A stretch of DNA of 64,000 nucleotides from a virus (Duplodnaviria > Caudoviricetes). Shown piece after piece: positions 47,301 through 56,565 of this stretch. The first letter of the stretch is position 1; each line of letters opens with the position of its first letter. The notes beneath the pieces are model-generated. The model had not been told where the DNA came from. It searched no databases and worked only from the letters and a program-made list of their open reading frames with translations. Both the position numbers and the translations under genes were made by a program. The DNA is taken from positions 64,001 to 128,000 of IMG/VR virus record IMGVR_UViG_3300012952_003952, one strand, 5' to 3'.

Positions 47301-47773
47301 CTCCCGGGCAAACATTCGGTCTAAATGATTACTTTGCAAGGCTTATTTCTACGAAAAAAGTGACCAAAACCGTCACACACACTCCGTATATAGTAGAACC
47401 CTTTATAAGCTCGATATCAGCGGTAAGAAGTGAAATTGGACGATGCAACATTGTAACAGTTTTGGTTGGCGGAACTCAAGAAATGGTAAATCACTATGTT
47501 TTATACGCCCAATACGGTAAGGTAAAAACGCCAATTCAAATTCTACTTCCAGACGACGATGAAGAAATAGTGTTCGTAGATACTCAAAATTTCGATTTCT
47601 ATGGTACAGTAGTATATTCAGTTAAAATTATTTCTGCTAACATGGGAGTCATAACAGATATTACTTGGCCAAGCGCATCTGTAACTAGAAACAATTCAAT
47701 AAGCTTAATAAGTCCAGTTGACGGCCAATGGGGCGACAAGAGTATTTTAATAGACGGAGAATCAGCAGGTTAA
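44345..47773 (+). CDS. Large acidic protein with an N-terminal Hint (intein-like/BIL) domain and beta-sandwich-like C-terminal region
   Basis: CVIEGTLI...GDLVYSYD...TFDHPIF...VYNFEVDCVHTYISDNVLSHN is followed by Ala. Confidence 0.8.
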   Translation: MGGGLDDHLLEEDLRESGGSCVIEGTLIQTIRGSIPVEWIEIGDLVYSYDFEKSDFGFFKVLGLNVPVEKKVWSTVTTELGYKLNCTFDHPIFSDSIESGELPVKDADIGSPVYVFEDGNLIKDSIASIEVKKSKVTVYNFEVDCVHTYISDNVLSHNASAKGGGSSFSASGAAAGGPSGASYGMSGGSSGASADLAGVVFMGDLDLTPAEVIGPASHAFGMGGGVVYIEDPGDASSVEYEGGGSSPDPVEAIITDYDPRLTFDPKYLTHYNQTPVVTNVEVILVGEEIAESKNHQITIECTAYIDEPRCFGFGISHIAAQLTIGGSASPISYFKSTKASAASAIMSISSPTPGPKKPTYMEMPETDTAVHVVGQDYWSTVNFPDYGSYVSHTDYPPDEAYPTAEWTEADHGSSEYSYSTFNFSRFTTREGMGASYLAFRNIDPALVNELSSPITNWSAITEGTITSQFNDSVWMNFSEDTLASIDGWSAQNKQSQSLLYEYQRVMSEFDAGSVPVTIKRSARQRFTPVKFYFSAMINEQQLYDITHEQDIRLKMHMISKGESKDYATDDYMLTSCNTSLQVNIWKAVKEWKAGKFFPAEISVSGASQFSNSDIINVINPNSFFTTYVLQESYYNSELSKFENKIHGGILDPYAEVDITSTNSYNPGDLRFYRVTSSTTLHEQIKKVNVAGFSELISVPEYFSSIIINIDEAGNAVINNIPENCLYIEWYAYRKGCLTPASPLFPEGAAEYQGVIEGNPELLEGEPPSAFVTSGGTAKKWEGSLMEAEQDGSCYLIQMIFKDLMGSVLGWYDATFESKLNLPDLGVETIAFTVQEESRSEEFVTFKIYESKSGNLSTEAIDTIMDSSALSDWQSEVDEIKTQTGTVTQYKVVKIDPGTGSRTTMPDTYFAGSTVTCELNMATGEKTLFEFNLMYASLAESSNNTAIETEAGTGTAATADYRAGVRYQYSYLAQEVNWPLLNSDHASPGQTFGLNDYFARLISTKKVTKTVTHTPYIVEPFISSISAVRSEIGRCNIVTVLVGGTQEMVNHYVLYAQYGKVKTPIQILLPDDDEEIVFVDTQNFDFYGTVVYSVKIISANMGVITDITWPSASVTRNNSISLISPVDGQWGDKSILIDGESAG
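44405..44818 (+). other. Mini Hint domain (138 aa, Cys1 ... His-Asn), no endonuclease
   Basis: Cys codon TGT at 44405, block B TxDH, block F VYNFEV, and terminal CAT AAC at 44813-44818. The next codon is GCT (Ala). Confidence 0.85.
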
Positions 47774-47778
47774 AAAAA

Positions 47779-50700
47779 ATGGCAACTTCAACAGACGCAA
47801 CTACTAATTTTAATTTATATACGACAGAAACTTTAGGTGCTTCTGCAGAAGCTGGATCTATGGTTTCTCTTGAAGCTGCTTCTGCTGTATCAAGCACAGC
47901 TCTATCTTCACCTCAAATTGGTACAACAACAACAAAAATAGAGTATGATAATTCTAATAGAATGCTTTCTGAAGTACTTTTAAACCCTTTACGACCAGAA
48001 TTGCTAGCTATCATGGATTTAAGAACTCTCGTCAATGAAGATTTTACCTGGGAAGGTGATAACTACCTTCAGGGGTATACTAAATTTTACGATTACATGG
48101 TTTCTAGATCTTCGGTAAGAACATCAGACGCAGCCACTGTTTCTAGCCTCGTAACGGGGATGCAAAACAATTATTCAGAAGAATTTTCTGAAGCCTATGA
48201 GCAATATGAAACTTCTGTAGCTGCAGCAGTTTCTGAGCTAGAGCTTTTAAAACTTACTTATATGCTGAAAAATTATATGATTTTAGGCACAAATTTTAGA
48301 GATTTTTTAGAAGTGTATGATTGGCAAGGTGTCGTCGAGGCCGAATTACCGATGGAAGAGATCGAAGGCTATTATTTAGGTTCTTCTCCAACTGTTTGGC
48401 TCCCATATGTTCTTGGAGCTAATGCTAGCGGGACTCCGCCATCTTCGGGTTTGTTGCTAGCATCCACGATCCAACAATTAGCTTTCATTCATGCCTTTGG
48501 TTCTCCAGCTACAATTTTTAGTTTAGCGTTGCAGGGTTCTTACTCCGTTCCTGACTTTGACACTGACAATGTTGGTGCTTATAAATTTTTGTCTGAAATA
48601 GGTTCAGATGATCCAAGTATGCACATAAGAAAGTATAATATTGCTCAAAAAGGGCACCAGTCCGATATCGCCTTCGGCAATACTGCTGATGGTAATTTTT
48701 CATTTTTAAACGCTGATAGAGTTACTCGCATAGTCAATGGACAGAGTGATAATAATTCCAGATATGTTTCAGATCACCACCCTTATTACCAAGTGTTTTC
48801 TTCAATAATATCCAGCAATCTAAACCCCAGCTATGTTTTAAAACATTGCAATCTCTCAGCAGGAGCTTACGATACGGTTTTATGGGACATACTTCAGCGT
48901 AGAGCGGGCGCCACAAGCACAACTGCAATTTTGCCAGCTGATAAATCTTTATTTCTTGAATTAGCTGGTTGGGATCCATTTCTTCAAAGCGCGAAAGATG
49001 GTTCTTTTCTCTATGAAGACTGCATGTTACAGACGCAGTTTTTTCCAGATTTAACCATGTTTAAAGACGGGATTATGGCAGACGCTTTTGACGAAGAGCA
49101 AAGCTATGTCGATAAGCATGACGTGGAATATACCGGAAACACCGGAAACACTGTAAGCATTTCTGGTATTAAAAAGACAGTAAACGAAGCTTTCGGATCT
49201 GAATCTGGATTATTGAACTTTTCAGATTACACCGCGGTGGCTGAAAATCTAGAATCTTCATCTAAAGAGCTTGGAACAGCATTAGCAAGACTCCATAGGA
49301 CCGGAAATCATTCTAACTTTAACCCGACCGAAGCTAGTCACCACTCTAATGTGGCTCCTGACGGAGTGTTTCAAAATTATCCACAGGGAGCTTTTGATGC
49401 AGGCTCTATTTTAGTCGCGACTTGCAAAACTTTTAGAGAGAGATTTGCAAGCAGTTTTGAAAAATATTATCTTTGGTATGGATTCCAGCAATCTGATAAC
49501 ACTATTACGAACCCAAGATCTTATAGCGCTATTGATGAAGCAACGACGCATGCGCAGTTCTCGCAACCAGCAGCATCTCATATTAAAAAATTCGCTTCTT
49601 TGATGGCTTACGGAATGATAAATTCTGACAACACACAAGACACTGACGGCAGAGCAAGAGGATTAAACTTTGCTAAGAGAGTCGTCGGAGCATTTGTCAA
49701 AGATTACCACAGCGGTCATCTTACTTTCGTTGACGAACAAGAAGAAGTGGTAGACTTCGAAGCTGATGATACAGGTCAGTTCGTTGAAACTTCTTATTGG
49801 GTTCATAAAAATAAGTCTCCACTTTCTGGGACCCCAGTAAGTTTGAGAGGGGTAAAAACTAATCTTTGGAGCCTTTTAGCCACACCAAAAGGCGTACGCA
49901 CAACTGAAAAAGAGAGTGGTGCAGCATATTACGAAGTTTCAGACCTTTCAACGAACACTCCAAACCATGTAGTAACTACTGATATTTTAGATCTATATGG
50001 CGGACCTCTAGCATTCTATGCGGACAATAAAAACGACTCCTTTAGCTCACAGCCGATGGCTGGATGGCTACAGTGGGCTCCAGTGTATACGCCTGGTGAA
50101 TCTATGACTAATTCACCTAAGTTTTTTACTAAGAGTATTCTCAACACAAAAAGCGCAACAGTCCAAAACACCCGGGCCATGGAAGAAGTGGGAGAAGTTC
50201 CAGATGAACCTTTACATAAAGTATTAAATGCTCTTCAAAACACTGCAGCTATATTAGCGCAAGCCGGAACAGGCGCGCATACGATGAATTTCGGTTTAAG
50301 TCCAGAGGGCACCTGGGCAGAAGCATGTAACATGTGGAAATACTCTTGGCACTACGCAGACAATTCTATTAGAACAGGCTCTCCAGATGATTCTCAAGGC
50401 ATGGTTCCTCTCTTAGCTAATTTGTGGGCAGCAGAAATGATAGAGATGGTCATGCTTACGATGAGATATATTTTAGAAAAACGGGGCCACAAAATCTCGC
50501 CTGCGACTGCTAGTGACCTCTGTTTTCCTTTATATGCTTTTAACGCCCCTTATCACGACGACAAAGGGTGGTGCGATTATTTTGAAGATCAATTAGAACA
50601 GACAGGCTGCGTAGACAACGAGTTTCCATTCCACCAATGCTATTTAGACCGAGCAGCATCTGACACTGATAATCCAACCGGGATAGATTTCTCTAGGTGG

Positions 50701-53700
50701 GTCCCGACTATGAATGCTATCCAAAAGAATTTCTGCCGAGATGATGGAACTTTAATGTCTGGTATGAAACTTGAAAAATTAATGGGACACATTATTGACC
50801 AGATGGCAATATTGATGAAGACCCACTATCCATTTTTTCATATTGCGTACGTTCAACAGTGGACTACCGGTCACGGCAGATATTGGCCACTTTTAGGTAA
50901 TTATAGCGACATGCAAGAGGCCGATACTCTCAGAGCTCGCGTCGCTCATGACTCTACATCTGGTGACGAAAAGCCAGAATACACCCACCGCGGTGAACCA
51001 ATGAGACCAAGGGTTTTATTCCCTTATTATTGCGATAAATACAACATCGCCGACTCTGCTGTGCCTGGGTCCAGCATCATGGCAGCTCTCAATCGTATAA
51101 TATATACCCATGAAAAACGAAATTCGATATGCTCATCCGATGGTGGAGAAGCTTACAACGCGGGAGATATAAAGTACAACGAACAAACCATGATGGCTTG
51201 GGTTGGTGGATTTTCTGCTACGTTTGGAGGTAACGACATGACGCAGATTGTAAGCGATGGAACCCTAGTTGCCGATGGCGACAGCGATTATGTGACAACA
51301 GACGCGCTGTACGGCTACGGCGACGGTTATGATTCATGGGACACGGAAGCAGACAAAGCGTGGATTACAGATTATCCAGACTCATGGATTTCCTATGCGG
51401 CAGACCTTGTTAACTACTGGGGTTCTGGAGGCTACCTCGAAGGCAGTGGCACCTTTCCTAATATGGATTATGTGCTCCGGTATCTTATGCAGGACAATCG
51501 CGGCCTCGACCCCGCTAGCGATCCGGAGACTCCCACCACATACTCGTATAATCCACGAGTGTCGTTGATATACTACTCGATGTGGGCTGCAGTGAGTGGA
51601 AACCCCGACTTGTTTGGATTCGGCGATGACGATGGAGGACGCGGAGCCGCAATCAGCAATGGATCGTATGATTACTCCATCAAGCCAGGCCAAAAGTCTC
51701 CGAACAACATCACTACGACTACTTGTCCGCACGACTTCTGGGCAACTTGGTTCGTGGGAGCTACGCCTCATATTATAGATTATATGACAGGATGCAGCTA
51801 TGAAAAGTATTTGGGTACAGAGTTTAATGGAATAACTCTCTCAATAAATCAGGGCGCTGGAAACCATTTGTGGGCTATGGATTTTGATGATGACAGTGTC
51901 GCTCATCGACACAGCCCTTTAGCAGAAGTCATGTGCAACTATTACAGTAGTGAAGATCTTAAGGATGAAATATGGTCAGCCGGAGAATGTTATGTGGTCA
52001 GTGACCACGGAAATCTTTTGGGATATTCGCCGGGAATAAACCGACCAGACAATGGTTTTATTGATATGGACTACTGGGCACTTGGCGCTCGGACAGGTCA
52101 AACTACCAATGTTTTTGGAAGAGATTCAGGTGGAACCGACACTCAGCCTAGATTCAATGCGTCATTTCAAGGTTTTTTATACGAAATCAATGGTGCAATG
52201 ATTCCTTTGCTTGAGGGAATGATTATGTCGGCTCAAGATCGATATTTTAAAGCTCCGGCGTTCAATATTCTTGAAGAATATGGAGAAAGAATTAAAAATT
52301 ATTCTGGGACAGCGATCGAAGCTTTTGCAGGAAAAGGTTCTTCTAGAAATTTAGAGCCAGTGATAGACTATGTTAGAGATCTTGCAAGCGCTAATGTAGC
52401 AGGACAAGATGTCCTTCAAAACCTAACAGAGCAGCAAATAGCTTTAAAATACTTATCTTTTTATAATCAAAAAGGCGATCCCAAAAATGGTTTGATCCCA
52501 ATGAAAGATACTATAGACGATAATTTACAAAAAGCTATTACACTGATGTTTGACCAAAACGCCCTTAGGGATAGAAAGGGCTTAAAGACATTAGTTTTTG
52601 GAATTCCTGCCGGAGGAGTTGAAGAGTTCGATGCATCTTCAACTACGCTGTCATTAGGCAGTACTGACCAATTTATGGCATACCACCATGGCAGAACGCA
52701 AGCCCAAATGATGATGGTGTTGTTACAGGGCTATAATTTTGAATTTCCTCAAGTAGTCCTCGAACCGATGTTAATCCCTATAGTGCCGAATCTTTTTTTA
52801 ATAAGAGAATCTTTTGATGACTTAGATTGGGATGCAATAGGCACCGACCTTTCTACGCTAAGAAATCACCTTAAATTTCTAAGAGTAGAAATAAGCGTCC
52901 AAGAAGGCCAGGACCAATCCGCGCAAGTAACTGTAAACGATCAAATAGAATTAGACACTATAGCAAACCTCTATGGTGATGGTCTTACTAACCAGATTCA
53001 ACATGCCGCATTTAAAATCATGGAAAGCTATCTATTAGAACAATATTATAAGATCACAACTGGAGTAGTTATAAATGAAGATACTTTTCCAAGCACGTCT
53101 GAAGATATTGGTCTCGGTATTAACGCTTACGCCGCTAATCTTTCGGAGGCGCTATCAGCAGAATTTGCTTCTTACAATTCCACAGTTTCTTCTGCAGTTT
53201 CTCAAGTGATGAATTCTTTAGTGTCTTCTACGCAGAACTATAGTAATATAGCATCTGATTTTACTACTTCTTTAGAAACTACCGAGTACTCTGATTTAGC
53301 TGATGAAATATTAGATTCTGTAACCAATGCAGGAAGCTCGAGGATCTATAGTGCCGAAAAAATGAAAGAGACAATAATAAAAGCTAAAAGATTTGACCGT
53401 ATAATTTATGTGCATTTCCATCCAGACGATTTTGCAGTTAGATGGAAAACACCCGCTGGTGACTGTATGGGAGCAAGCTACACAGAGGCCTCTGCAGGCT
53501 TAGATTACCGCGGCCATGAGGGAGTTTATGGTGGAAAAACTGCGTCTTCATCGGCCGATGTTATAGGTTACACTGCTTATGAAGATTTAGAAATCTTATC
53601 AGGTGGCACAGTGTCAGATTTAATAACAGATGATACAGCTTGGATTCTTACTGCAGATGGGGCAGAAACTATTGAAGAATCGGTATCAATTCGTGATGGA

Positions 53701-53850
53701 CTAACAGCCGATTCGATAAACTACAGCTATTGGGGTGGTGTCACATCCACAGGTATAAAATTTAGAGAGAGATCTGGAGAAGAAAGTATAAATTTCTTTA
53801 GAGCCACTGTATCACTATTAGATTTAAGCCTTAGAAGGGGAGATACGTAA
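47779..53850 (+). CDS. Giant (about 2020 aa) acidic protein, function unknown (virion-region)
   Basis: Uninterrupted ORF. ATG 47779 (MATSTD), just after the previous stop, is more plausible than 47728, which adds a basic overlapping leader. Confidence 0.75.
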   Translation: MATSTDATTNFNLYTTETLGASAEAGSMVSLEAASAVSSTALSSPQIGTTTTKIEYDNSNRMLSEVLLNPLRPELLAIMDLRTLVNEDFTWEGDNYLQGYTKFYDYMVSRSSVRTSDAATVSSLVTGMQNNYSEEFSEAYEQYETSVAAAVSELELLKLTYMLKNYMILGTNFRDFLEVYDWQGVVEAELPMEEIEGYYLGSSPTVWLPYVLGANASGTPPSSGLLLASTIQQLAFIHAFGSPATIFSLALQGSYSVPDFDTDNVGAYKFLSEIGSDDPSMHIRKYNIAQKGHQSDIAFGNTADGNFSFLNADRVTRIVNGQSDNNSRYVSDHHPYYQVFSSIISSNLNPSYVLKHCNLSAGAYDTVLWDILQRRAGATSTTAILPADKSLFLELAGWDPFLQSAKDGSFLYEDCMLQTQFFPDLTMFKDGIMADAFDEEQSYVDKHDVEYTGNTGNTVSISGIKKTVNEAFGSESGLLNFSDYTAVAENLESSSKELGTALARLHRTGNHSNFNPTEASHHSNVAPDGVFQNYPQGAFDAGSILVATCKTFRERFASSFEKYYLWYGFQQSDNTITNPRSYSAIDEATTHAQFSQPAASHIKKFASLMAYGMINSDNTQDTDGRARGLNFAKRVVGAFVKDYHSGHLTFVDEQEEVVDFEADDTGQFVETSYWVHKNKSPLSGTPVSLRGVKTNLWSLLATPKGVRTTEKESGAAYYEVSDLSTNTPNHVVTTDILDLYGGPLAFYADNKNDSFSSQPMAGWLQWAPVYTPGESMTNSPKFFTKSILNTKSATVQNTRAMEEVGEVPDEPLHKVLNALQNTAAILAQAGTGAHTMNFGLSPEGTWAEACNMWKYSWHYADNSIRTGSPDDSQGMVPLLANLWAAEMIEMVMLTMRYILEKRGHKISPATASDLCFPLYAFNAPYHDDKGWCDYFEDQLEQTGCVDNEFPFHQCYLDRAASDTDNPTGIDFSRWVPTMNAIQKNFCRDDGTLMSGMKLEKLMGHIIDQMAILMKTHYPFFHIAYVQQWTTGHGRYWPLLGNYSDMQEADTLRARVAHDSTSGDEKPEYTHRGEPMRPRVLFPYYCDKYNIADSAVPGSSIMAALNRIIYTHEKRNSICSSDGGEAYNAGDIKYNEQTMMAWVGGFSATFGGNDMTQIVSDGTLVADGDSDYVTTDALYGYGDGYDSWDTEADKAWITDYPDSWISYAADLVNYWGSGGYLEGSGTFPNMDYVLRYLMQDNRGLDPASDPETPTTYSYNPRVSLIYYSMWAAVSGNPDLFGFGDDDGGRGAAISNGSYDYSIKPGQKSPNNITTTTCPHDFWATWFVGATPHIIDYMTGCSYEKYLGTEFNGITLSINQGAGNHLWAMDFDDDSVAHRHSPLAEVMCNYYSSEDLKDEIWSAGECYVVSDHGNLLGYSPGINRPDNGFIDMDYWALGARTGQTTNVFGRDSGGTDTQPRFNASFQGFLYEINGAMIPLLEGMIMSAQDRYFKAPAFNILEEYGERIKNYSGTAIEAFAGKGSSRNLEPVIDYVRDLASANVAGQDVLQNLTEQQIALKYLSFYNQKGDPKNGLIPMKDTIDDNLQKAITLMFDQNALRDRKGLKTLVFGIPAGGVEEFDASSTTLSLGSTDQFMAYHHGRTQAQMMMVLLQGYNFEFPQVVLEPMLIPIVPNLFLIRESFDDLDWDAIGTDLSTLRNHLKFLRVEISVQEGQDQSAQVTVNDQIELDTIANLYGDGLTNQIQHAAFKIMESYLLEQYYKITTGVVINEDTFPSTSEDIGLGINAYAANLSEALSAEFASYNSTVSSAVSQVMNSLVSSTQNYSNIASDFTTSLETTEYSDLADEILDSVTNAGSSRIYSAEKMKETIIKAKRFDRIIYVHFHPDDFAVRWKTPAGDCMGASYTEASAGLDYRGHEGVYGGKTASSSADVIGYTAYEDLEILSGGTVSDLITDDTAWILTADGAETIEESVSIRDGLTADSINYSYWGGVTSTGIKFRERSGEESINFFRATVSLLDLSLRRGDT

Positions 53851-55700
53851 TGTCTGATTCACAATCTATAAACGAAACCGATATAGGAGCTATTAGTTAC
53901 CCATCGATGGGAGGCTTTGTATTCGATGTTCCAGAACCAGGAGATTTTTCAGCTCAATTTATCTATAAAAGATATGTAGTTAACGAAAGATCTTCTACTA
54001 ATTCAGCTGTCTATGAAATGGTCGACGGCGTTCAAACATTTATAGAAGATGCTAGATATATTAACTTGATTATTAACCCGCCTTCTTCTACTAACCTCTT
54101 AGATAATGAAGAAACAATCGTTTTAACTGCTTCTCAAAAAGCTTCTTTAGTAGAAGCTTATATAAGCACAGTTAATTCTGAAGAAGATATTCAAGGATCG
54201 AAATTTTCAACTTTAACAATAGAAGATTCCGTAACAAGCGCAGATATTACAAACTCTATAATAGAAGCCGCAGCTACCCAAGCCGGCTTAACAACTTTAA
54301 GTATAAGTGATGCTTTAAGTTTAATGTCTACAAACAAAGAAACTTTAGACGTCGACGCACTGCTAAACGCAGCTGAAATTGGTTCAAGTGATCCATACAA
54401 ATTTTATGACCCCTCAGAAGGAACTCATGTTTCGTATTCTCAAGTAGAAAACCCATCATCATTTTCGATTAATTTTGCAATCAACAACAAGTTTTTAGCT
54501 GATATCTTAAAAACTTCGGAGTCAGCTAGTTTGAGCCCCCTTTTTGGAAAAATCAATGGAGATATTTCAACAGCAGAATCTCTTCAGATTACCGCTAGGT
54601 CATCTCAAAATTCGTCGATCTTGTCTATGGAAGATTATATGCCCACGATGCAAACTATTAGTGAGTCGACTACTTCAGATTCTTCTTCTGGTTTTTTGCC
54701 GGGTGTAGCATTTTTAGGATATATGATCCAAAAAAATGAAATCATTAATGGAGAAGAAGTTTTAGTAACTAATGCCTATCTTGACGGCGCATTTGAAGCT
54801 TCAGCAGAAGACACCACTACAGAGCTAAACGATTTTTTAGTCAAATATGGTTCAACTTACACATATAAAATCAAAACTTTATATCTTTTGAGATGGAATG
54901 AATATGCATCAACCGGAGAAACTACTCAAAAATACTCAATGGTGTCTTCGAGAAGCGCCCCCTTTGTTAAAGTGGAGTGCGTAGAAAAAATTCCACCTAC
55001 GCCTCCTAACGGAATAGAGTTTGTAAGACAGCAAAACGGTTCAATACAGCTTTTCTGGACTCCTGGATCAAATCCAACTGGCGATGTTGTAAAATACCAA
55101 GTTTTTAGAAGAAAGACAATTGATGAACCTTTTACGCTAATCAGGCAAATAGACTTTGACTACACAGAAGAGCAGGTGGAATCTCCAGAAACAGTACCGA
55201 GCCAGAGTATAATTAAGCAACCCTATGCCTGGTGCAATTTCTTTGATTATGAATTTGATAACTTTAGTGAATACATATATGCGGTATGTGCAGTAGATGC
55301 TCACCACTTAAGCTCTAATTATTCGCCGCAGTTTAAAGTCAAATACGACCAAACTGTAGGCAGACTAAAAGTCGATATGATTTCTCCTGAAGGCGCACCG
55401 AAACCGTACCCTAATTTTCTTTTACCAGAAATTCTCTTTGAAGATTCTGTTAAAGACAGCCTCCACAAGTATTTAGATATATATTTTACACCAAATTATT
55501 ATAAAATTAATGACGGAGACGGCGCCACAGCTAGCGATCCAATTGGAGATTATTCTTTTATTCCATTCGTAAATGACAGCGATGTTGGTGGAATTAGAAT
55601 GCAAATAATTAACTTAGATAGGCAAAATAGTAAAAATGTACATATAATCTTAAACAACGAGCTGGAAACAGACCCCGATGATGGCTCATACGTAACATAA
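53850..55700 (+). CDS. Acidic virion protein with a fibronectin type III-like domain
   Basis: PPTPPNGIEF...IQLFWTP...VVKYQVFRR...YIYAVCAVDAH..SSNYS. Confidence 0.72.
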   Translation: MSDSQSINETDIGAISYPSMGGFVFDVPEPGDFSAQFIYKRYVVNERSSTNSAVYEMVDGVQTFIEDARYINLIINPPSSTNLLDNEETIVLTASQKASLVEAYISTVNSEEDIQGSKFSTLTIEDSVTSADITNSIIEAAATQAGLTTLSISDALSLMSTNKETLDVDALLNAAEIGSSDPYKFYDPSEGTHVSYSQVENPSSFSINFAINNKFLADILKTSESASLSPLFGKINGDISTAESLQITARSSQNSSILSMEDYMPTMQTISESTTSDSSSGFLPGVAFLGYMIQKNEIINGEEVLVTNAYLDGAFEASAEDTTTELNDFLVKYGSTYTYKIKTLYLLRWNEYASTGETTQKYSMVSSRSAPFVKVECVEKIPPTPPNGIEFVRQQNGSIQLFWTPGSNPTGDVVKYQVFRRKTIDEPFTLIRQIDFDYTEEQVESPETVPSQSIIKQPYAWCNFFDYEFDNFSEYIYAVCAVDAHHLSSNYSPQFKVKYDQTVGRLKVDMISPEGAPKPYPNFLLPEILFEDSVKDSLHKYLDIYFTPNYYKINDGDGATASDPIGDYSFIPFVNDSDVGGIRMQIINLDRQNSKNVHIILNNELETDPDDGSYVT

Positions 55701-55797
55701 ACTTGACAAACTTTAAACGAAGTATTCTCTTGTTTATTGGGGACCAATATATTTATTTGATGATCATTATTACTATAATTAGAACAATGGAGAAAAA

Positions 55798-56508
55798 ATG
55801 GGATTTTTAGATCATTCTACTAACAACATTATCGTAGATGCAGTTTTAACTGACATTGGAAGAAAAAAATTAGCTGAAGGGACTTTTAGCATCGCAAAGT
55901 TTGCTTTAGGAGATGACGAAGTAGATTATAACATTATTAAACAGTTTGGCAGGACAGTTGGAAAAGAAAAAATAGAAAAAAATACTCCTGTGTTTGAAGC
56001 TCAAACGAACGCTGACTTAGGCCTCAAATATAAACTTCTTACCGTTTCTAATCCATATTTGACAAAATTGCCATATCTCACAGCTACTTCAGTGTCAAAT
56101 ACAGTTAATGCATTGCGCGGCCAAACGGCAACTATTACAGTAGAACAACTTCCAGATTCACTTTTTGCTAGTACTACTTCTACTGGAGCTTCAGATGTAA
56201 GAGACAGTGTATTTAACATAGAGTATGATGCTAGGTTTTTAGCCCTGGGTGGAACTGGCGCGTCGTCTATTGGTTCTAACAACATTGTTGTAGCAAAAAG
56301 GTCGACTGCAACCAGAAGATCAGCTTCTCAATGGGATGGTGCATCTTTAGTGTCTTCTCTAACTGTAGTCAGTTTTTCAGATTCTTATTTTGCATACTAC
56401 TCGTCAAATTCATCCAATGACGTCATAACAACTTACGTCGAATTCTCTGGCCAATTCAGTGGCCAAAGACTAGTTGTCCCAATTACTATTAAGAAATCTT
56501 CTACATGA
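55798..56508 (+). CDS. Tail-collar/fibre-attachment-like protein (DUF3751-like N-terminus)
   Basis: IVDAVLTDIGRKKLAEGTFSIAKFALGDDEVDY. GGAG RBS. Confidence 0.65.
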   Translation: MGFLDHSTNNIIVDAVLTDIGRKKLAEGTFSIAKFALGDDEVDYNIIKQFGRTVGKEKIEKNTPVFEAQTNADLGLKYKLLTVSNPYLTKLPYLTATSVSNTVNALRGQTATITVEQLPDSLFASTTSTGASDVRDSVFNIEYDARFLALGGTGASSIGSNNIVVAKRSTATRRSASQWDGASLVSSLTVVSFSDSYFAYYSSNSSNDVITTYVEFSGQFSGQRLVVPITIKKSST

Positions 56509-56565
56509 TGATTGCTTTTTGATATAAAGATGCTTTTTTAAAAGAGTTAACGGAGAAATTATTAA

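Noticed and set aside
47728-47778. Upstream start of the giant ORF (MGRQEYFNRRR...)
   Set aside because: It overlaps the previous gene by 46 nt and is compositionally unlike the rest of the protein. ATG 47779 follows the upstream stop directly.
55703-55731. Sigma70 promoter suggested by TTGACA at 55703
   Set aside because: The nearest -10-like hexamer (TATTCT, 55723) is only 14 nt away, outside the usual 16-18 nt spacing.
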